A stretch of 64,000 bases of DNA from an uncultured Gemmatimonadales bacterium (GTDB lineage Bacteria; Gemmatimonadota; Gemmatimonadetes; Longimicrobiales; RSA9), in the NCBI GenBank assembly GCA_963708135.1, contig OY970192.1:1728001-1792000 (forward strand), written 5' to 3'. The notes beneath the pieces were generated by a model. That model saw only the letters and a list, made by a program, of their open reading frames with translations, was not told the DNA's origin and did not search any database. Shown piece by piece: positions 10,142 through 20,644 of this stretch (positions within the stretch are counted from its first letter, which is position 1; each line of letters opens with the position of its first letter). The position numbers and the translations under genes were made by a program.

Positions 10142-12789
10142 TTGACGCGTCCGCTCGGCTCGCCGAGGCGCTGGCCGGTGCCTACCGGATCGAGCGCGAG
10201 CTCGGCGCGGGCGGGATGGCCACGGTGTATCTGGCCTACGACCTTCGCCATGACCGGAACGTGGCGATCAAGGTGCTGCGGCCAGAGCTCGCCGCGGTGC
10301 TCGGCGCCGAGCGTTTCCTGGCCGAGATCAGGACCACCGCCAACCTGCAGCATCCGCACATCCTGCCGCTCTTCGATTCGGGCGCCATCGGAGAGTCGGG
10401 CGTCTTCTACGTCATGCCGTACGTCGAGGGCGAGTCGCTCCGCGACCGCCTCGACCGCGAGCGGCAGCTGCCGGTAGAGGACGCCGTCCGCATCGCCGGC
10501 GAGGTCGCCGGCGCGCTCGACTACGCGCACCGGCACGGCGTCGTGCATCGCGACATCAAGCCCGAGAACATCCTCCTGCACGACGGGAGCGCCCTGGTTG
10601 CCGACTTCGGGATTGCGCTCGCCATGAGCCGCTCCGACGGCGCCGCCCGGATGACCGAGACGGGATTGAGTCTCGGCACGCCGTTCTACATGAGCCCGGA
10701 GCAGGCAATGGGTGAGCGCGAGATCGGGCCGCGCTCGGATGTGTACGCGCTCGGTGCGGTCACCTACGAGATGCTCTCGGGGGAGCCGCCGTTCACCGGA
10801 CCGACCGCGCAGGCCATCGTGGCGCGAGTCATGACCGAGGAGCCGCGCTCGCTAACACTGCAGCGCAAGTCGGTGCCGCCGCACCTGGAAGCGGCGGTGA
10901 TGAAGGCGCTGGAGAAGCTCCCCGCCGACCGCTTCGCCAGTGCGTCGCAGCTCGCGGAGTCGCTCAGCCATGCGACGTCGGCATGGGCTGCCCCGCATCG
11001 GCCGGGCAGCCGGCGCTGGCTCGCCGCCGCGCCGTGGGGGGTTGCGGTCGCTGCGACGGCGCTCGCCGCTGCGGCATGGCTCCACCGGCCTCGGCCGCGC
11101 GGCACCTCGTGGGCGTACGCGCAGCTCACCGACAGCATTCCCATCACCACCGACATTCCGTCGCTCGCGCTCTCTCCGGATGGACAGGAGCTCGCCGTCA
11201 AGGACAACCGCCAGGACGGGCTGATCTGGATCAAGCGCCGCGACCAGCTCGAGCCGACGCCGATTCCGGGCACCGAACGGGGTTCGGGCATGGCCTTCTC
11301 CCCTGATGGCGACTGGATCGCCTTCATCGCCGACAGCCATGTCCGGAAGATTCGCGTCAGCGGCGGCCCGGCAGTCACTCTCGCAGACTCGGCGGCGTCC
11401 GCGGACCTCCACAATGTGGCGTGGCTCGGCGACAGCGCGCTTGTGTACGCCAGCGGCCTGCCCGAGCGGCTGATGCGGATCGGTGCCGACGGCGGAGCGC
11501 CCTCTGTGGTCATGGCCGACTCATCGCTCCACGGTTTCGGACTCGTTAACCTCGAGCCGCTGCCCGACGCCCGTGGCGTGCTGTTCGCGGCTCCGGCACC
11601 GGGGGGATTGGTCGGCGTGCACGTGCTCGACCTCGGGACCCGCCGCCAGAAGCTGCTGGTCGCGGATGCAGTGGCGGCGTGGTATCTGCCCACCGGGGAC
11701 CTGCTCTACCTCCGAGCCGACGGAACCGGCTTGGCCGTGCCCTTCGACCTGCGCAAGCTGGCGATCACCGGTCCGGCCGTGCCCGTGCTGCAGAATATCT
11801 TCTACCGCGGCGCCGGCAGCGCACTGCTGGCGGTATCGCCGTCGGGAACGCTCGCGTATCTGCGCGCCACGGGCGCTCCGAACAATGACCGGGTCGTTCG
11901 GGTCAGGCGCGACGGAACTGCCGCACCGGTGGACCCGGCGTGGTTCGGGGCCTTCGACGCCTCGGCGCTCTCGCCCGACGGCCGACAACTGGCAATCGGC
12001 GCCATCAGCGGCGTGGATACCCGCAGCATCTGGATCAAGCAGCTCGACCACGGAACCTTCAGCCGCCTCACCTTCAGCGGACGCGACCGGCGCCCCGCGT
12101 GGTCACCCGACGGGAAGCTCGTCAGCTTCGTACGGGACGCCTACAACGGCGGCGACGTCTACGCCCGTGCCGCCGACGGCAGCGGCACCGATCGCAGACT
12201 GGGTCACATCGACCGCGCCATTCAGGAGCTAGCCTGGTCTCCCGATGGCCGCTGGCTGGTCGTTCGTACCGATAACGGTGAAGCCGGCGTGGGAGACCTG
12301 GTCGCCGTTCCCGTCGGCGGCAACGGCGAGCCCGTGCCGCTGGTGGCGACCGGCTTCTCCGAGCTCGAGCCCGCGGTGTCACCCGACTCGAGGTGGATCG
12401 CCTACGTCTCCAACGAGTCGGGCTCGAACGAGGTCTACGTCCGCGGGTTTCCGGATGTGTCCGGCGGGCGCTGGCAGGTCTCCAACGGCGGTGGGATCGG
12501 GCCGCGCTGGTCCCCGGACGGAAGAGAGCTCTTCTATCTCGATCCCGCCAACAGGCGACTCGTTGCGGCGGAGGTCCGGACCGCACCTGCCTTTGCGGTG
12601 GTCGGTCTTCACCCGCTGTTCGACATCTCGGGCTTCATCATCGATCCGTTTCACCCGTCCTACGACGTCGAACCGGGCGCTCGCTCCTTCCTCTTCATTC
12701 GCCAGCGTGGTGCCAGCGGCTCCACGACGCCCCGGCTGGTCATGGCCGAAAACTGGTTCGCGGACGTGCGGGCACGAATGAGGCGCTGA
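10138..12789 (+). CDS. Ser/Thr protein kinase with hydrophobic linker and PD40/TolB-like beta-propeller
   Basis: LGAGGMATVY, VAIK, HRDIKPEN, DFG, YMSPEQ; repeated WSPDG/FSPDG; ATGA overlap with upstream gene. Confidence 0.93.
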   Translation: MIDASARLAEALAGAYRIERELGAGGMATVYLAYDLRHDRNVAIKVLRPELAAVLGAERFLAEIRTTANLQHPHILPLFDSGAIGESGVFYVMPYVEGESLRDRLDRERQLPVEDAVRIAGEVAGALDYAHRHGVVHRDIKPENILLHDGSALVADFGIALAMSRSDGAARMTETGLSLGTPFYMSPEQAMGEREIGPRSDVYALGAVTYEMLSGEPPFTGPTAQAIVARVMTEEPRSLTLQRKSVPPHLEAAVMKALEKLPADRFASASQLAESLSHATSAWAAPHRPGSRRWLAAAPWGVAVAATALAAAAWLHRPRPRGTSWAYAQLTDSIPITTDIPSLALSPDGQELAVKDNRQDGLIWIKRRDQLEPTPIPGTERGSGMAFSPDGDWIAFIADSHVRKIRVSGGPAVTLADSAASADLHNVAWLGDSALVYASGLPERLMRIGADGGAPSVVMADSSLHGFGLVNLEPLPDARGVLFAAPAPGGLVGVHVLDLGTRRQKLLVADAVAAWYLPTGDLLYLRADGTGLAVPFDLRKLAITGPAVPVLQNIFYRGAGSALLAVSPSGTLAYLRATGAPNNDRVVRVRRDGTAAPVDPAWFGAFDASALSPDGRQLAIGAISGVDTRSIWIKQLDHGTFSRLTFSGRDRRPAWSPDGKLVSFVRDAYNGGDVYARAADGSGTDRRLGHIDRAIQELAWSPDGRWLVVRTDNGEAGVGDLVAVPVGGNGEPVPLVATGFSELEPAVSPDSRWIAYVSNESGSNEVYVRGFPDVSGGRWQVSNGGGIGPRWSPDGRELFYLDPANRRLVAAEVRTAPAFAVVGLHPLFDISGFIIDPFHPSYDVEPGARSFLFIRQRGASGSTTPRLVMAENWFADVRARMRR

Positions 12790-12928
12790 GCGGGGTTTCT
12801 CCGCCGGGCTGCGAAGTTGACCTGCCGGATGCGGGGGTCTACTCTGGGACGGGACCTCGTATCCGGCCCGGGAGGTGGTGCGCCGCCGTGGCGAGGTCTG
12901 GAGGCACTGACGTACGGACCGGTGAGTC

Positions 12929-14305
12929 ATGGTCACGAATCCCCCCATCCACCCCCGCTCTCCAGGACGGCTCCGACGCGCTTCGCGAGGGCGAGTGGGA
13001 CCGGGCCCGCTCCGCCTTTCGTGTCGAGATCGCGGATTCGCCCGGGCGCGCGGAAGCGTGGGAGGGTCTGGGCACCGCCTGCTACTGGCTCCAGCGCTCC
13101 GACGAGCTCCTCGGGGCGCGACGCGAGGCGTATCGCCTCTACTGCGCTCGCCGCGATTACCGTTCGGCCGCCCGGTTGGCGGCCCTGCTCGCCGGGGCGT
13201 TGCTGGAGTTCCGCGCGGAGTCGGCCGTTGCGGGCGCCTGGATCGAGCGTGCCCTCCAGCTCGTGGAGGGACTCGAGCCCTCGGTCCAGCGCACGTTCGT
13301 CAAGGCGATGCAGACGCACTTCGCGCTGATGGTATGGAACGACCCGGCCGCGGCGCTCTCGGCGGCAGGTGAGGCGCGCGAGATCGCCCACGGCGTCGGC
13401 GCTACCGACACCGAGATCCTGGCCCGCGCCAGCGAGGCGCTCGCGCTCGTCGCCACCGGCGGGATCGCCGACGGGCTGCACCGCCTCGATGCGGCCGCCG
13501 TCGCCGCGCTCGGCGGCGAGATGGCGGATCCGCACGCGATGAGCATCACCTGCTGCTACCTCATCGAGGGGTGCGACCGCGTGCGCGACCTGCCCCGCGC
13601 CGACGAGTGGTGCCGGCGCTTCCGCGAGCTCTGCGCCCGCAGGGGGCTCGGGAAGTTCCTCTCCTTCTGCCGCGTCCAGTACGCCACCCTCCTGATCTGG
13701 CAGGGCCGGTGGGCCGAGGCGGAGGCCGAGCTCGAGGCGCCCGTGCGGATGTCGAGCGTGCACGGCCCACGGCCCGCGCCGGTGTGTTGGTACGGCTGGG
13801 AGAGCTGCGGCGGCGCCAGGGTCGCCGGGAGGAGGCCGACGCGTTCTTCCGGGAGGCGGGCAGCCACTCGCGCGCCGCGCTCTACCGCGCGCACCTCGCG
13901 CTCGAGCGCGGCGACGCCGCGACCGCCGAGGACCTCGCCGCGCAGGCGCTCCGCCGGGCCGGCGACGTGAACGCCGCGGTGCGCGCGGACGCGCTCGTGC
14001 TGCTCGTCCTCTCGCGCGCCGTGCGCGGCGACGCGGAAGCCGCCGGGGAGGCGCAGCGGGAGCTCGATCGGCTCGCCGTCGGGGTGGACACCCAGCCCGT
14101 CCGCGCCGGTGCGCTCCTGGCCGGCGGGGTGCTCGCGCGGGAGTGCGGTGCCAGCGCCGAAGCTCGGCGGATGCTACAGGACGCGGCCGATCTCTACGAG
14201 CAGGCGGCGCTACCGTTCGAGGCCGCGAGCGCTCGACTCGAGCTCGCGCGCGCACTCGACCGGCGGGGGGCGGCCGCGGCGCAGGCGCAGGCGGCGCTCG
14301 CACCG
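12929..14305 (+). pseudogene. Frameshifted, C-terminally truncated TPR-type (LuxR/MalT-like) activator
   Basis: EAWEGLG...REAY...CCYLI..CDRVRD..RA.EWC...GRWAEAEAEL continues after a -1 shift near 13740 as LGELRRRQGR...PFEAASARLELA; no HTH; possible second indel in the C6 run near 12945. Confidence 0.7.
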
Positions 14306-14467
14306 TGCGAGCGACGGCATGTTCGCGATCGAGAAGCCGTACGTGACCTGCCCGGCCGGCTAACGGATCCGGACGGCCGCGTTCACCATTCGAGACCAGC
14401 ACGACCTCGAGAGCCCGCGCTCCGACTGAGCGGTGGCCCGGTGGGAACAGACGGCAAGGAGGGAGCG

Positions 14468-15304
14468 ATGCAGGAGCTGGACGGACGCGCACAGTGGGAG
14501 AGTGCCGCCCCGGGCTGGGCGCGCTGGGAGGAGACCATCGCGGCCTGGATGGGACCGGCTACGGAGGCCATGCTCGCGATGGCCGGGGTCACGGCGGAGG
14601 TCCGGGTGCTGGACCTCGCCTGCGGCGCCGGAAGCCAGACTCTGGAGGCCGCCCGCCGCGCGGGCCCGCACGGACACGTGGTCGCGAGCGACCTCGCCAG
14701 GACCATGCTGCACCACGTCCGGGAGAGCGCCCGCGCGGCCGGTCTGGACAACGTCAGCACCGTGGCCGGCGCCGCCGAGGAGCTGGAGCTGCCGGGCGGG
14801 AGCTTCGATGCCGTGATCTGTCGGCTCGGCCTCATGCTCTTCGCCGACCCTGCCGCGGCGCTGCGCGCCGCGCGCCTCGCGCTGCGGCCCGGCGGGCGGC
14901 TCGCGGTGGTCGTCTTCACCACTCCCTCCGCGAACCCGTTCATGGCCAGGTCCATGGAGGTGCTGCTGCGCCACGCCGGCAAAACGCCACCGGCACCGGG
15001 ACAGCCCGGGATCCTCGCCCTCGGCGGGCCCGGCGCGATCGAGAGCCTGCTCGGCGGCAGCGGCTTCGTGGACGTCGAGCGGCGAGCCCTGGCGGTGCCG
15101 TTGAGGATGCCCTCGGCCGCGCGGGCGCTGGCGATGATGCAGGACGCCTTCGGGGCCTATCGAGCCGTGCTCGCCGATTGCGACGAGGCGGTGCGGACGG
15201 CCGCCTGGGCCGAAGTGGAGGAGCTGCTCCGGAGCTTCGAGACGCCGGCGGGCTTCTCGGCGCCCGCCGAGGTTGTGGTGGCTGCGGGTGTCCGACCCGC
15301 GTGA
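14468..15304 (+). CDS. Class I SAM-dependent methyltransferase (UbiE-like)
   Basis: VLDLACGAG, FDAVICRLGLMLF, LRPGGR; AAGGAGGG RBS before ATG 14468. Confidence 0.9.
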   Translation: MQELDGRAQWESAAPGWARWEETIAAWMGPATEAMLAMAGVTAEVRVLDLACGAGSQTLEAARRAGPHGHVVASDLARTMLHHVRESARAAGLDNVSTVAGAAEELELPGGSFDAVICRLGLMLFADPAAALRAARLALRPGGRLAVVVFTTPSANPFMARSMEVLLRHAGKTPPAPGQPGILALGGPGAIESLLGGSGFVDVERRALAVPLRMPSAARALAMMQDAFGAYRAVLADCDEAVRTAAWAEVEELLRSFETPAGFSAPAEVVVAAGVRPA

Positions 15305-15467
15305 CAGGGGGGCCTGCGGCGAATGCCGAGTCCACACACCCGAAGATCCACTCGCACGAGACCGCGCGAGGCCTGGCGCCCCGGCCCCGAGTGAATCCGT
15401 CGCGCGCTCTCCGCGCTGAATCGGCCGCGCGCCGTCCGCGCCGGCACTGCGGGCCAGCGGGAGCAGG

Positions 15468-15639
15468 AAAGTCCCCACGCCCGGCCATGGAATGGACGCC
15501 TGGGGACTTGACTGCGAATAGCGCGGCAAAGTCCCCAATCGTTCCCCTGGATCTGCGGCCCGTGGGGAGTTGACGACGAATAGCGCGGTGAACTCCCCAA
15601 CCGCCTCCGCGCCCGGCTGCGGCTGGGGAGTTCACCGCG
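15468..15639. repeat. Array of 37-bp palindromic repeats with 23-25 bp unique spacers (REPIN-like)
   Basis: Full units at 15501-15537 and 15563-15599, half units at 15468-15477 and 15624-15639. Confidence 0.75.
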
Positions 15640-15699
15640 GCCAACGCACGCAGCTGCCGGCGCCCGCGACCGGGGGCACCGGGCAGGGCGGCGGCGCAG

Positions 15700-15975
15700 C
15701 AGGCGCTCCCGGTACACCCCGAGTGTTCCCGATTCGGAGGCGACGTACAGCCGCGCGAGCCCCGCATCCCACGCCAGCACGTCCGGGCCCTTGCCGACCC
15801 CGTGGCTCTGCAGCACGCGCACGGTCCGCAGATCGACCACGAGGAGCGTCGCGCTGGCTTCGTTCGCCACGAGCAGCAGGCGCTGCGCCGGATCGAGCGC
15901 GAGCCCGTGCGGGTGGTCCGCGCCCGGGAGGCGGTCGCGGCGGACGACGCGGTCGGTGGCGGGATCGATCGCCAC
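15700..15975 (-). pseudogene. Internal fragment of a YVTN/YncE beta-propeller protein
   Basis: VAIDPATDRVV...HPHGLALDP...VGKGPDVLAWD...LYVASESG; no N-terminus. Confidence 0.65.
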
Positions 15976-15977
15976 GA

Positions 15978-16112
15978 GGCGTGGCGCCGGAGGATCCGCT
16001 CACCCTCGGCGGCGCGGCGCTGGTGCTGGCCGGCGTCGCGCTGCTCGCCTCCTGGCTGCCAGCGTACCGCGCGGCGCGGGTGGATCCGCTGACGGCGCTG
16101 CGGATGGAGTAG
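15978..16112 (+). pseudogene. 3' remnant of an ADOP ABC permease
   Basis: GVAPEDPLTL...LLASWLPAYRAARVDPLTALRME*, the same C-terminal signature as 910-3537. Confidence 0.8.
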
Positions 16113-16409
16113 TGCGGCTTCCCGTCGAAGGGCGTTCAGCCCTCGGACCCCCATTGGCGGGAGGCCGACCAGGCCCGGCATCGGAGCACCTCCTCGCGCT
16201 CCGCGAAGAGATCCGCGTCGATCGTGGCCGATCGCCACCCGTCTCAATCCGCGCCCCGATCTGCTCGGGCCAGGCGACACGCATCGGCGAACGAGACCAG
16301 CAGGCGCGGTCCGCAGCAGGCCCACGCTACTCGCGGCGAGCGCCAGGCCCAGGGCTCCGCCGCCGCCCGTCAACAGCAGGACGTTCAGGCGTCTCGACGT
16401 GTGACGCGG

Positions 16410-16796
16410 CTACTGCATCGAGCAGCTGGACGCCATGGCATTCCCCTCGAGATCGAGGCGCAGGGCGGATCCGGGCCGGATCTCGGGGCAGGACATGACG
16501 CGCTCGGGCCCGCCGCCGAGGGGATGGACGAGGAGCTGAACGCCCCATCGGCTGAGCACTCCGGGCGGAATGACGAAATCGCGGTTGCTGGCGCGCATGA
16601 TGGTGCCGAGGCGGGCGCGGGCGCCGACCGCGTTGACGGCGTAGACGGCCATGTCCTCGGGCGCGTCGTTGCGGACGGCGACCGTGGTGCGGGCGTGCTG
16701 CAGCGAGGGTGCGGTCCACGGGTCCCGGGAGGACGCGCAGGCGGCGCTCGCGACCGCGAGGAGGGAGACGACGCCCTGAATGATCCTGCGGCACAT
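16410..16796 (-). CDS. Small lipoprotein of unknown function
   Basis: Lipobox-like SAAC; GGAGG RBS; divergent from the BTAD regulator. Confidence 0.75.
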   Translation of the reverse strand: MCRRIIQGVVSLLAVASAACASSRDPWTAPSLQHARTTVAVRNDAPEDMAVYAVNAVGARARLGTIMRASNRDFVIPPGVLSRWGVQLLVHPLGGGPERVMSCPEIRPGSALRLDLEGNAMASSCSMQ

Positions 16797-16973
16797 GATC
16801 GAGCCTCCAGTCAGCCGGCCGAAAGGGGCCGCGGGGCGCCACCCGTTGTGGCCGCCATACTCCCGTGGCGTGAACGGTGGCATATTAGGGAGGCGCCGTA
16901 GACCCGCCGTTGCACCGGTCGTTACCTGGCCGTTCGGCGCGGTCGAGACGGCTTCTCCGAGGCGTTGCAAGCG

Positions 16974-19610
16974 ATGATCGAGCTCCGCACGCTGGGCCAG
17001 CTGACGCTGGAAGGGGACGATGCGGTCCCGGTCGCTTCGATTCTGACGCAGGCCAAGCGGCTGGCTCTGCTGGTCCACCTGTCCTGCGGCCGCCCGCTGG
17101 CGCCGCGCTCTCGCGACACGCTCCTCGCGCTGTTCTGGCCCGAGCTCGACGACGCGCACGCGCGCACGGCGTTGCGCCAGGCGTTGCACCTGCTGCGCCG
17201 TTCGCTGGGCGCGGAGGTGATCACGGGAGCGGGCGAGGGACGCGTGGGCGTGGAGCCCGCGCGGCTGTGGTGCGACGCGGCCGCATTCGGCGAGGCGCTC
17301 GAGCGCGGCGATGCCGCTGGGGCGCTGGCTCTCTACAGGGGCCCATTCCTGGAGGGCTTTCACGTGTCGGACGCCCCGGAGTTCGAGCGCTGGGTGGACC
17401 GCGAGCGCCGGCGGCTGGAGGTGGAGGCGGTCGGGGCCGCGTGGGGCCTGGCGGAGCGCGCGCGGGTGGAGTCCGAACCGGGGGCGGCCAGGAAATGGGC
17501 CGAGCGGGCAATGGACCTGTCCCCGTTCGACGAGGTCGGCTTCCGCCGCTACCTCGGCATCCTCGAGGCCCAGGCGGATGGAGCGGCGGCGGCGACGGCG
17601 TTCGCCGCATACGAGCGGCGGCTGGCGGAGGAGCTCGGACTGGCGCCGTCGGAGGAGACCCTCCGCATCATGGACCGCATCCGTGCCGCCTGCAGGCCGG
17701 GCGCCCGGCGAGCCGGCGGGCTCGAGAACGGTGAGGCGACGCCGTCGCCTGCGGCAGGAGCACCGGAGGAGCGGCGGTCGGGCCCGGCGCCGCTCTCCCG
17801 CAGGGAGGTCGGGGTGGAGCCCATGCCGGTCCGCGTCCGGCCAGTGCGCCGGCCCCGGAGGCTGCGCTGGACCGGCGCGATCGCCGCCATCGGGGGGGCG
17901 GGGGTGATCGCCGCTCTCGCGCTCGCCGTGACGCTGGCGCACTCCGCCGCTCGGGCGCGGCGGCCTCCGCCCATAGGCGTGGCGGTGCTGCCGTTCCGCA
18001 ATCTGAGCGCCGACCCGTCGCGGGCGTATTTCGCCGCGGCCCTGCACGACGAGCTGCTCGACCGGCTGGGCCGGGCGTCATCGCTCCGGGTGGTCGGACG
18101 GACATCCGTGGCCGACCTCGGGGAGACAGCCAGGCCGCTACGCCAGGTCGCCTCTGAGCTGGGGGTTACGCGCGTCGTCGAGGGGAGCGTGCAAGTCGTG
18201 GGCGATCGGCTTCGCGTCGTCGCCCAGCTCCTGGACCCCGCTACCGGGGCCGAGGTCTGGGTGGAGCACTACGACCGCAACCTGGATGACGCGTTCGCCG
18301 TGCAGAGCGAGATCGCGGAGCGTATCGTGGCGGCCGTGGGCGCAACGCTCACACGAGGTGAGGTCGGCGCCATGCGGGCGGCGCCAACGCAGGACGCCGC
18401 GGCGTATCAGCTCTACCTCCAGGGGCTCGAATACGCGCGGCGGCCGGCGCTCCGCAAGGAGGACGCCGAGGCGGCACTGCAGCTCTTCGAGCGGGCGCTC
18501 GCGCTGGACTCCAGCTTCGCGCCCGCGCACGCCCAGCTGTCCCTGATCGACTGGCGTATCTACGACCTCCATGACCCCGACCCGCGGCGACTCGCCCTGG
18601 CACGGCGGGAAGCCGCGACGGCGCTGAGCCTCGCGCCCGACCTGCCGGAAGGCCACCTCGCTGCCGGGCTCTCGCGTTACCTGCCCCGGGGGGATGCCCG
18701 CGGGGCCCTGGCCGAATTCGCCCAAGGGCTGCGCGGGGCGCCGAGCGACGCCGAGTTGTGGGCCTGGACCGGCAGGACCTATCGCCAGCTCGGGATCTGG
18801 GACAGCGCGTTCGCCGCCCTGGACCAGGCGCACGCCGTGGAGCCACGCGACGCAACGCTGTGGTTCAGCATCGCGGAGACGCGACACTACCTGCACCGCT
18901 ACCCGGAAGCGATCGACGCGTACCGGCAGGCCCTCGCGCTCGCGCCGGACATGCGGCAGGCGCACATCTCCCTGGCGTGGAGCTACTTCCTGTGGCAGGG
19001 GCAGCTCGACACGCTCCGATCCGTGCTGTGGGCGATCCCCGTGGCGACCGACCCCGGGGCCGGCGGGGGATCGATCCTCCAGCAGCGGATCCTTCTGCTC
19101 CTTGCGACTCGTCGGCCGGACTCGGTTCTGGCCATCCTGCGGGGGCCGGACGCACGCGAGCTCGGTACGCTCCGGCGGGCGCTCTACACCGGGGATGCGA
19201 ACAGCCTCCGCGGCGATCGCCTCGACGCGCGGCTGGCGCGCGAATCCGCGCTGGCTTTGCTCGATGCGGCGCTCCGCCGGTCACCGGCCGACTGGGGGCT
19301 GCACGCGACCCGCGGCATAGTCCTCGGCAAGCTCGGCCGCCACGCCGAGGCCCTGCGCGAGGCGCGCTGGCTGGAGGCGTCGAGCGAAGGTCGGAACGAT
19401 CACTATGCAGACCTTGGCGCGACCAGGGCGCTCGTGCTGGTGATGGGCGGCGCGACCGATGCCGCGCTGGACGAGCTCGACCGGGCCCTCGCCGGCCCCT
19501 CGCGCACCACGGTCCCGTTGCTCCGCGCCATGCCGGAGTGGGACCCCGTTCGGGGCGACCCGCGCTTCCAGGCGCTGATGCGGAAGTACGCCAACCCACC
19601 ACGGCAGTAG
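16974..19610 (+). CDS. SARP/BTAD regulator with TM segment, TolB-N-like domain and TPR repeats
   Basis: MIELRTLG, KRLALL, RDTLLALFWPE, LYRGPFLEGF, VAVLPFRNLS, WDPVRGDPRF. Confidence 0.9.
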   Translation: MIELRTLGQLTLEGDDAVPVASILTQAKRLALLVHLSCGRPLAPRSRDTLLALFWPELDDAHARTALRQALHLLRRSLGAEVITGAGEGRVGVEPARLWCDAAAFGEALERGDAAGALALYRGPFLEGFHVSDAPEFERWVDRERRRLEVEAVGAAWGLAERARVESEPGAARKWAERAMDLSPFDEVGFRRYLGILEAQADGAAAATAFAAYERRLAEELGLAPSEETLRIMDRIRAACRPGARRAGGLENGEATPSPAAGAPEERRSGPAPLSRREVGVEPMPVRVRPVRRPRRLRWTGAIAAIGGAGVIAALALAVTLAHSAARARRPPPIGVAVLPFRNLSADPSRAYFAAALHDELLDRLGRASSLRVVGRTSVADLGETARPLRQVASELGVTRVVEGSVQVVGDRLRVVAQLLDPATGAEVWVEHYDRNLDDAFAVQSEIAERIVAAVGATLTRGEVGAMRAAPTQDAAAYQLYLQGLEYARRPALRKEDAEAALQLFERALALDSSFAPAHAQLSLIDWRIYDLHDPDPRRLALARREAATALSLAPDLPEGHLAAGLSRYLPRGDARGALAEFAQGLRGAPSDAELWAWTGRTYRQLGIWDSAFAALDQAHAVEPRDATLWFSIAETRHYLHRYPEAIDAYRQALALAPDMRQAHISLAWSYFLWQGQLDTLRSVLWAIPVATDPGAGGGSILQQRILLLLATRRPDSVLAILRGPDARELGTLRRALYTGDANSLRGDRLDARLARESALALLDAALRRSPADWGLHATRGIVLGKLGRHAEALREARWLEASSEGRNDHYADLGATRALVLVMGGATDAALDELDRALAGPSRTTVPLLRAMPEWDPVRGDPRFQALMRKYANPPRQ

Positions 19611-19611
19611 C

Positions 19612-19758
19612 CGCGCGGCGCACGCGCTGTACACGCTCAACCATCTGGTGCACCACCGGGCGCAGCTGGGTGTCTGTCTGCGCGCGCTGGGGCTGCCGCA
19701 TCCGGCGGTCTACGGGCCGTCGGCGGATGAGAGCGAACAGGGCGCTCCCGAGTCCTGA
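19612..19758 (+). pseudogene. 3' remnant of a DinB-family gene
   Basis: LNHLVHHRAQLGVCLRALGLPHPAVYGPSADE...*; no start, begins right after the BTAD stop. Confidence 0.75.
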
Positions 19759-19845
19759 ATCCCGGCAGTTGCGGCGCGAGTCGGGCCGCCGGAGAATCAT
19801 GGGGCCGTCGTCGCATTCGTCGCACACTCCAGTCCGGGAGGCGGA

Positions 19846-20469
19846 ATGAAGGCATCGTGGAGGATCGCTCTTGCGGCGCTCGCCCTGTTGGCGGGCGGGG
19901 GCTCGGCGCTGGCGGGGCAGGGTGCCGGGCAGTCGGCCGGCTGCTGGCTGCGGGATGCGCACGAGGATCTGGCGAAGCGGGCGAGTCCGCTCGACTCGGC
20001 CTCGATCCGGCTTGCCGGCGGGGTGGTGAAGGTCTGCTACAGCAGTCCGCGCGTGCGGGGGCGCAAGATCATGGGCGGGCTGGTGCCGTTCGGGGAGCCG
20101 TGGCGTCTGGGGGCGAACGAGGCGACGGCGATCCACCTCACCTCGCCGGCGACGATCGCCGGGGTCGCGGTGTCGCCGGGGTGGTACTCGCTGTACGTGA
20201 CCCCGGGGGAGCGGGAGTGGCGGGTCGTGGTGAACCGGCAGGCACGCCGCTGGGGGATCCCGATCGACCAGGGCGTGCGCGCCGCCGACGTCGGCTCGGC
20301 AGCGGTTCCGGTGGGCAGGACCGCCGGCCCTGTCGAGGATCTTACTCTAGCGTTCCGGCCGACCGGCGCGGCCAGCGCGGACCTGGTGATCGAGTGGGAG
20401 CGGACATCGGTCCGCATCCCGGTTGTGCTGCGGCGGCGGGCGGGGACGGAGCGGCAGCCGGGTCGCTAG
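19846..20469 (+). CDS. DUF2911-family secreted protein
   Basis: RASP, YSSPRVRGR, LVPFGEPWRLGANEAT, GWYSLY, IEWERT. Confidence 0.88.
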   Translation: MKASWRIALAALALLAGGGSALAGQGAGQSAGCWLRDAHEDLAKRASPLDSASIRLAGGVVKVCYSSPRVRGRKIMGGLVPFGEPWRLGANEATAIHLTSPATIAGVAVSPGWYSLYVTPGEREWRVVVNRQARRWGIPIDQGVRAADVGSAAVPVGRTAGPVEDLTLAFRPTGAASADLVIEWERTSVRIPVVLRRRAGTERQPGR

Positions 20470-20644
20470 CGCTGCCGGCCGCGCGCGCGTCGAGGGTCCG
20501 GCGAATGGCGATCTCCGGGATGAGCTGGCTCACGCGGCTTCCGCGCGTGGCGGCCACCGGCGCGAGCCGCTAGGCGCGGCCGCCATCCCGCGGGGGACGG
20601 CGGCCTCGGGCTGAATCGTAGCGCGATGCGGCCCCCGCCGCGGC

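Noticed and set aside
13571..15304. 577-aa TPR-methyltransferase fusion as a real protein
   Set aside because: It begins in the middle of a frameshifted gene, and the methyltransferase has its own RBS and ATG at 14468
15468..15639. CRISPR array call
   Set aside because: Only two full, non-identical repeats, short spacers, pairing across spacers, and no leader or cas gene in the window; kept as a REP-like repeat
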